DNA of 11,776 nucleotides from Candidatus Bipolaricaulia bacterium (GTDB taxonomy: Bacteria > Bipolaricaulota > Bipolaricaulia > JBHIAT01): NCBI GenBank assembly GCA_046758705.1, contig JBHIAT010000119.1, positions 1 through 11,776 on the forward strand, written 5' to 3'. Shown one piece after another: positions 7,511 to 11,776 of the stretch. The translations under genes and the position numbers were made by a program. The notes under the pieces are model-generated. The model saw only the letters and a program-made list of their open reading frames with translations, was not told the DNA's origin and made no database searches. Every line of letters starts with the position of its first letter. The stretch's first letter is position 1.

Positions 7511-8434
7511 ATGCTCTCACCCAAAGGTAGGGAGGTCCCAAAAGACAACATAGAAAGAAGAGACACGCGTTGGGGTTGGATATTTGTGGCTCCTTCGTTG
7601 CTCTTCTTTGGTTTGTTTGCCTTTTATCCGATTGCGAATGCGATTAGAGTCAGCTTACTTAAGAAGGATCTGCTGGCGTTGGGACCTGCCAAATTCATAG
7701 GCTTCAAAAATTACGTTTCCCTATTTACCTCTCCGGATTTCTGGAACTCTCTGAAAGCAACGGCCATTTTTGTCGGAGGCACGTTCTCGCTTTTGGTCGT
7801 CTTCAGTTTGCTGTTGGCCGTCTTTATCACCTCGCGAAGGAGACTCCAAACGGTCCTCCAGCTGGCATACTTCTCCCCTGCGGTCGTCTCTTCGATCGTT
7901 GCTGCATCGATCTGGATGCTGATTTTTGACCCCCGTGGGATAGCCAACCAATGGGTAAACTTCGTTTTGAATACCCCCGGAGTGAATCACAAATGGCTGG
8001 CATCGGTGGGGATGATAAGATTGTCCACGATACTTGTCTATTTTTGGAAGTACGTGGGGTTCTTTACGATTATCTTTGTCGCAGGCCTGTCAACCATACC
8101 AAAAACGCTTCATGAGTCAGCCAGAATTGATGGCGCGAATTCATGGCAGGACTTTTGGCACATCACCTTTCCTCTGCTAAGACCCACCACGCTGTTGGTG
8201 TCGATTGTGGCTATGATCCAATGTGCGAGGACATTCAGCACCCAGTTTTTCTTTACACAAAGTGGAACACCCAGAGGCCCGATCGACGTGATCACGTTGA
8301 ACGTCTATCACACCGCCATACGAGATCATCAGATCGGGAAGGCAAGCGCTCTGAGCATCATTCTGTTTCTCATCATGGTTCTGTTGAGCTGGTTACAGTT
8401 CAGGATCGCTCGGAGCGAAAAGATCAGTTATTAG
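7511..8434 (+). CDS. carbohydrate ABC transporter permease (MalF/UgpA-like)
   Basis: RWGWIFVAP, FIGFKNY, FWNSLKAT, EAA loop IPKTLHESARIDGANSWQDFWHITFPLLRP, GKASALSIILF. Exact start uncertain. Confidence 0.93.
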   Translation: MLSPKGREVPKDNIERRDTRWGWIFVAPSLLFFGLFAFYPIANAIRVSLLKKDLLALGPAKFIGFKNYVSLFTSPDFWNSLKATAIFVGGTFSLLVVFSLLLAVFITSRRRLQTVLQLAYFSPAVVSSIVAASIWMLIFDPRGIANQWVNFVLNTPGVNHKWLASVGMIRLSTILVYFWKYVGFFTIIFVAGLSTIPKTLHESARIDGANSWQDFWHITFPLLRPTTLLVSIVAMIQCARTFSTQFFFTQSGTPRGPIDVITLNVYHTAIRDHQIGKASALSIILFLIMVLLSWLQFRIARSEKISY

Positions 8435-8441
8435 CGATCCA

Positions 8442-9296
8442 ATGAAGCAGAAGGTCACAGCCAAGTCGTTTGTCAGTTCTATAGCTATCTGGACTTTTCT
8501 TATCGTCATGGCTGCATTTATACTGCTGCCTTTCGCATTTATGTTTACCGCTTCCTTTATGCCAGCCAAAGACGTGATGCGTATTCCGTACCCTTGGATT
8601 CCCCAAGGTCTTTTTTGGCAAAACTACTGGCAGGCGATACGAGGCAATGATGGGAGTTTCATCTATCCAAGGAACATACTGAATTCGGTGGTGGTGGCGT
8701 CTGCAGTAACCGTGAGTACCGTGCTGCTGGCTGCCATGTCTGGGTACGGACTTGCGAAATTCCGTTTCAAAGGACAGAAGGTTGTGCTCCTGTTGATCAT
8801 CTCGACCATGATGGTTCCTTTCCAGGCCATCATGATTCCACTGTATTTGATTGTTACAGACATGAACCTACAGGATACCTATCCCGGACTGATCCTACCG
8901 TTCCTTGTGACCGCGTTCGGGGTTTTCCTGCTGCGTCAGTATTTGCTTGCCTTTCCGGACGAGATCATCGATGCGGCCAGAATAGACGGCGCCGGTGAGT
9001 TCCAGATCTTCTACCGGATCATTTTCCCCAACATCTGGCCGGCCCTCGCCGTGTTGGCCCTGCTCACGTTCAGGGCTCAATGGGATAACTTGATCTGGCC
9101 GCTGCTCGCGGTTCAGAGCGAAGAGATGAAGACCATACCCCTTTACATCACCCGGTTTGCCACCGAAAAATACACGGACGAAGGCGCAATGATGGCTGCA
9201 GCCGCGATCGCAAGTTTGCCGATGATCATCCTGTTCTTTTCGCTCTCCAAGTACTTTTTGGGTGGAGCCAGGCTGTTTAGTGGGAGGATTGGATGA
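8442..9296 (+). CDS. carbohydrate ABC transporter permease (MalG/UgpE-like)
   Basis: GYGLAKFRFKG, MMVPFQAIMIPLY, FGVFLLRQY, EAA loop FPDEIIDAARIDGAGEFQIFYRIIFP, WDNLIWPL. Confidence 0.94.
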   Translation: MKQKVTAKSFVSSIAIWTFLIVMAAFILLPFAFMFTASFMPAKDVMRIPYPWIPQGLFWQNYWQAIRGNDGSFIYPRNILNSVVVASAVTVSTVLLAAMSGYGLAKFRFKGQKVVLLLIISTMMVPFQAIMIPLYLIVTDMNLQDTYPGLILPFLVTAFGVFLLRQYLLAFPDEIIDAARIDGAGEFQIFYRIIFPNIWPALAVLALLTFRAQWDNLIWPLLAVQSEEMKTIPLYITRFATEKYTDEGAMMAAAAIASLPMIILFFSLSKYFLGGARLFSGRIG

Positions 9297-9868
9297 GGTT
9301 CAGATCGTTCATATTTGATATGGGTGGTGTGGTGTGCGACAATGCCGCGGTTGTGCCCCACATGGCAAACTATCTGGAGATATCCGAGGAGAATTTTTAT
9401 CGCATCGCTGGCAAAGAAAACCTCTGTCTTCTCTACGCCGGTCTGATTAGTGTTGAAGCGTTTTGGAGCAGGTTTTCTAAAGCATTCGGGCGCGAAGTGA
9501 CCGAGGATCTCTGGGAGCGATTCTTTCAACCGCAACTCAACCGGGAGGTTGTGGAGCTGATCATGGAGCTGAAGACATCAGCGCGTGTGGTCGTGGGAAC
9601 CAATACGATCGATTCGCACTATGCCCTACTTGAGAAGGACGGATACTACTCAATCTTTGATGCCGTATATGCGTCCAACAAAATGGGAGTTGTCAAACCG
9701 GACTCTGAGTTCTACGAACACATTCTGCAAGCTGAGGGCTGGAATCCTGGAGGAACGGTGTTCATCGATGACAGAGAACCTAATGTCATGGCTGCTCGTG
9801 ATCTCGGGTTCAAGGCGATTCTTTTTGAGAACATCAGCAACCTCAACAGGGAGCTGGCACGTTTGTAG
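9293..9868 (+). CDS. HAD-superfamily phosphatase (YihX-like, probable sugar-phosphate phosphatase)
   Basis: Motif I FIFDMGGVV, motif II GTN, motif III KP (MGVVKPD), motif IV FIDD..PNV..A..LG; ATGA overlap with the upstream permease. Confidence 0.9.
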   Translation: MRFRSFIFDMGGVVCDNAAVVPHMANYLEISEENFYRIAGKENLCLLYAGLISVEAFWSRFSKAFGREVTEDLWERFFQPQLNREVVELIMELKTSARVVVGTNTIDSHYALLEKDGYYSIFDAVYASNKMGVVKPDSEFYEHILQAEGWNPGGTVFIDDREPNVMAARDLGFKAILFENISNLNRELARL

Positions 9869-9888
9869 TTCTTCACATCAAACGGCTC

Positions 9889-10499
9889 ATGTTCTGCAAC
9901 GGTGTTGATCTGGGTGGGACGAACCTTCGTGCCATCGTCGTGGATACGGACACCGGCCGTGTGTTGGCCGACGCCCGTGGACCGACAAACGCCGAAGACG
10001 GTCCACCGGCTGTGATCGAGCGCAAAGCGGTGCTGATCGAGCAGTCGATACAGGAATCGGGTCTGGCAAAGGATGAGATCGTCGCCATTGGGATTGGTGT
10101 GCCGGGACTGTACGACCCGGAGACGAACGTCGTTCGCTTCCTGACAAACCTGCCGACGACCTGGCCCAATGTGCCACTCGGTCGGGAGATTGAGTCGCGG
10201 GTCGGCTCCATCTGGGCCTCGACGGCACGGCCGGTGAGGTGGGTCACCAGATCATCAATTTCAATGGCCCGCCATGTGGCTGTGGCAGCCGGGGCTGTCT
10301 GGAGGCGTATGCCAGTGGCCCGGCGATCGCGACGCTGGGCATCAAGGCGGTGCGACAGGGCCGGACGACGGCGATCCGTGACTTGGTGGCCGGCGATCTG
10401 AACCGCATCACGCCCGAGATCATCGTTCAGGCAGCGGAGACCGGCGCTGCGCTGTGGGCGTCGCAAGTCCAAGTGCAAGTGAACGATTCGAAGTCATAA
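9889..10499 (+). pseudogene. ROK-family sugar kinase (glucokinase/NagK-like) with two internal deletions
   Basis: GVDLGGTN phosphate-1 motif (from 9901) and IGIGVPG are present. At ~10203-10207 the frame shifts to [14 protein letters not shown]...[15 protein letters not shown] (ROK Zn motif), skipping the NDA and GTGxGxG motifs. At ~10442-10446 it jumps in-frame from QAAETG to the terminal GAALWA, skipping the GGG phosphate-2 region. No RBS before ATG 9889. Confidence 0.88.
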
Positions 10500-10516
10500 G
10501 GAGGAGGGTGTCAACT

Positions 10517-11557
10517 ATGACGATTCGCATCGGTTTGATCGGCAGCGGCTTTGTGTCCAATTTCTATATGCTTGGTCTGCGTGATGTGGCCGATTGGGAG
10601 ATCCCGGTCGTGGCCTCACCCAACGCTGACCATGCACGGCGCTTCGCTGAGAGATGGAACATTCCCGAATCGACCACGGATGTGGACGGCGTTATCGCTC
10701 GTGACGATCTCGACCTGATCGTCTTGGGCGTACCGAATTACGTCCACAAGGAGCTGGCCATCCAATGTGCCCGCGCCGGTAAAAATGTGGTCTGCACCAA
10801 GCCGTTGGCACGGAACCGACAGGAGGCCAAAGAGATGCTCGAAGCCGTACAGGCGGCAGGTGTGTTGCACGGCTACGCCGAGACCGAGGTCTTCAGCCCG
10901 GCGGTGATGAAGGCCCACGAGTTCATCGACCAAGGCGCGATTGGCGAGGTGCTGACGGTCCGCTCGCGCGAGGCCCACGCCGGGCCGCACGAACCCTGGT
11001 TCTGGAAGAAGGAGTTGGCCGGCGGCGGGGCGCTGCTCGATATGGGTTGCCATACGATTGAGGCGGCACGCTATTTCATCGGCAAACAGAACCCGGTGGT
11101 CGAGGTGATCGCCTGGGGTGACCGACTCTATCATCGCGACAAGACCGATGCCGAGGACAACGCTGTCCTGATGATGCGCTTCGAAGGCAGTCAGTTAGGC
11201 TTAGCCGAACTGAGTTGGATTGCGCGCGGCGGGCTGGACCTGCGCAACGAGGTCTACGGCACCGAGGGCACGATCTTCACCGACGTCACCCGCGAGACGC
11301 CGATCAAGGTCTTCTCAAAACCGGGCGCGGGCTACATCGTGGAAAAAGCTGAGGCCGAAACCGGCTGGCTGTTCCCACCGGTGGACGAAGCCTGGATCTA
11401 CGGCTACCGTGAAGAGATGCGGCACTTCGTCGAATGCGTGGCCGAGAACCAGATGCCGCGTGAGACGTTCGAAGACGGCTACATCGTGAATTGTATTCTC
11501 GATGCGGCCTATCGCTCTATGGAAACGAAGAGCTGGGAGCGCGTCGAATACGATTGA
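10517..11557 (+). CDS. Gfo/Idh/MocA family NAD(P)-dependent oxidoreductase
   Basis: ATG 10517 after RBS AAGGAGGAGGGTG; Rossmann motif IRIGLIGSGFVS, VPNYVH, AGKNVVCTKPLA, GAIGEV, GGGALLDMGCH, AEDNA, EVYGTEG, EDG..V..ILDAAYRS. Confidence 0.94.
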   Translation: MTIRIGLIGSGFVSNFYMLGLRDVADWEIPVVASPNADHARRFAERWNIPESTTDVDGVIARDDLDLIVLGVPNYVHKELAIQCARAGKNVVCTKPLARNRQEAKEMLEAVQAAGVLHGYAETEVFSPAVMKAHEFIDQGAIGEVLTVRSREAHAGPHEPWFWKKELAGGGALLDMGCHTIEAARYFIGKQNPVVEVIAWGDRLYHRDKTDAEDNAVLMMRFEGSQLGLAELSWIARGGLDLRNEVYGTEGTIFTDVTRETPIKVFSKPGAGYIVEKAEAETGWLFPPVDEAWIYGYREEMRHFVECVAENQMPRETFEDGYIVNCILDAAYRSMETKSWERVEYD

Positions 11558-11776
11558 TCAATCCTGGTTGATCACTGCCCGCAATTCATCGTCACTGAGC
11601 GTCGCTAGCTGCAGCAGCACCTGGTAGGGATCGCCCTCAAGATTGAAGTAACAGGCAAATGCAGGTTCTGTCTTGAGACCCGTTCGCTTCAGACGCCGAA
11701 TCTCCTGCCGTGCTTGCTCACCGCCAATGGCCAGGAGGCGGGCTTCTACGGCCATGTGACGATAGGCGTTCTGATC
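11558..11776 (-). CDS. DUF4269-like protein, C-terminal part (5' end outside window)
   Basis: Frame is open to the window edge: DQNAYRHMAVEARLLAIGGEQARQEIRRLKRTGLKTEPAFACYFNLEGDPYQVLL. QNAYRHMxxExRLL and LKxxGLKTEPAFA...L.GDPY..LL match my recollection of the DUF4269 C-terminus; not database-checked. Confidence 0.72.
   Translation of the reverse strand, partial: DQNAYRHMAVEARLLAIGGEQARQEIRRLKRTGLKTEPAFACYFNLEGDPYQVLLQLATLSDDELRAVINQD

Noticed and set aside
10201..10210. Programmed ribosomal frameshift explaining the ROK (or SIS, ~4514-4523) frame change
   Set aside because: No slippery heptamer, and conserved motifs are physically missing across the joins, so frameshifting would not restore a protein.
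10464..10481. CAAGTC-CAAGTG-CAAGTG tandem (QVQVQV)
   Set aside because: Short in-frame hexamer repeat in the disordered tail of a pseudogene; no evidence of phase variation.
287..11489. Many alternative-frame and antisense ORFs in the track (e.g. 883-1356, 4944-5474, 6149-6841, 9873-10478, 10616-11134)
   Set aside because: They overlap well-supported genes, have no recognisable motifs or RBS, and are expected shadows of GC-rich coding sequence.
1..11776. CRISPR array, integron attC sites, tRNA/rRNA, riboswitch, IS or phage genes
   Set aside because: No regularly spaced repeats, no attC-like long inverted repeats at module ends, intergenic regions are short, and no such protein motifs were recognised by eye.

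Overview
Bacterial accessory carbohydrate-utilisation region with a mosaic structure. On the + strand: the 3' part of a Gfo/Idh/MocA oxidoreductase (<1-741); a perfect-consensus sigma70 promoter and ABC sugar importer module 1 (solute-binding protein plus two permeases, 889-4010); an apparently intact nagA (4872-6044); a second promoter and ABC module 2 (SBP, two permeases, HAD phosphatase, 6119-9868); a ROK sugar-kinase pseudogene (~9889-10499); and a second Gfo/Idh/MocA gene (10517-11557). On the - strand: a collapsed relic operon (SIS sugar-phosphate isomerase/deaminase remnant fused to a GH38-like glycosidase C-terminal fragment, 4009-4733) and the 3' end of a DUF4269-like gene. Neither ABC module has an ATPase and no regulator gene is visible. 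The most striking observation is at least five sharp deletion junctions that have hollowed out the SIS, GH38-like and ROK genes, several with apparent short microhomologies, while promoter, RBS and gene ends are often kept. nagA is left intact between the ruins of its probable upstream (kinase) and downstream (deaminase/isomerase) partners. No rRNA, tRNA, CRISPR array, transposase or integrase was seen. I cannot claim a new biological system with confidence; the best leads are the deletion pattern and the promoter-bearing transporter modules.
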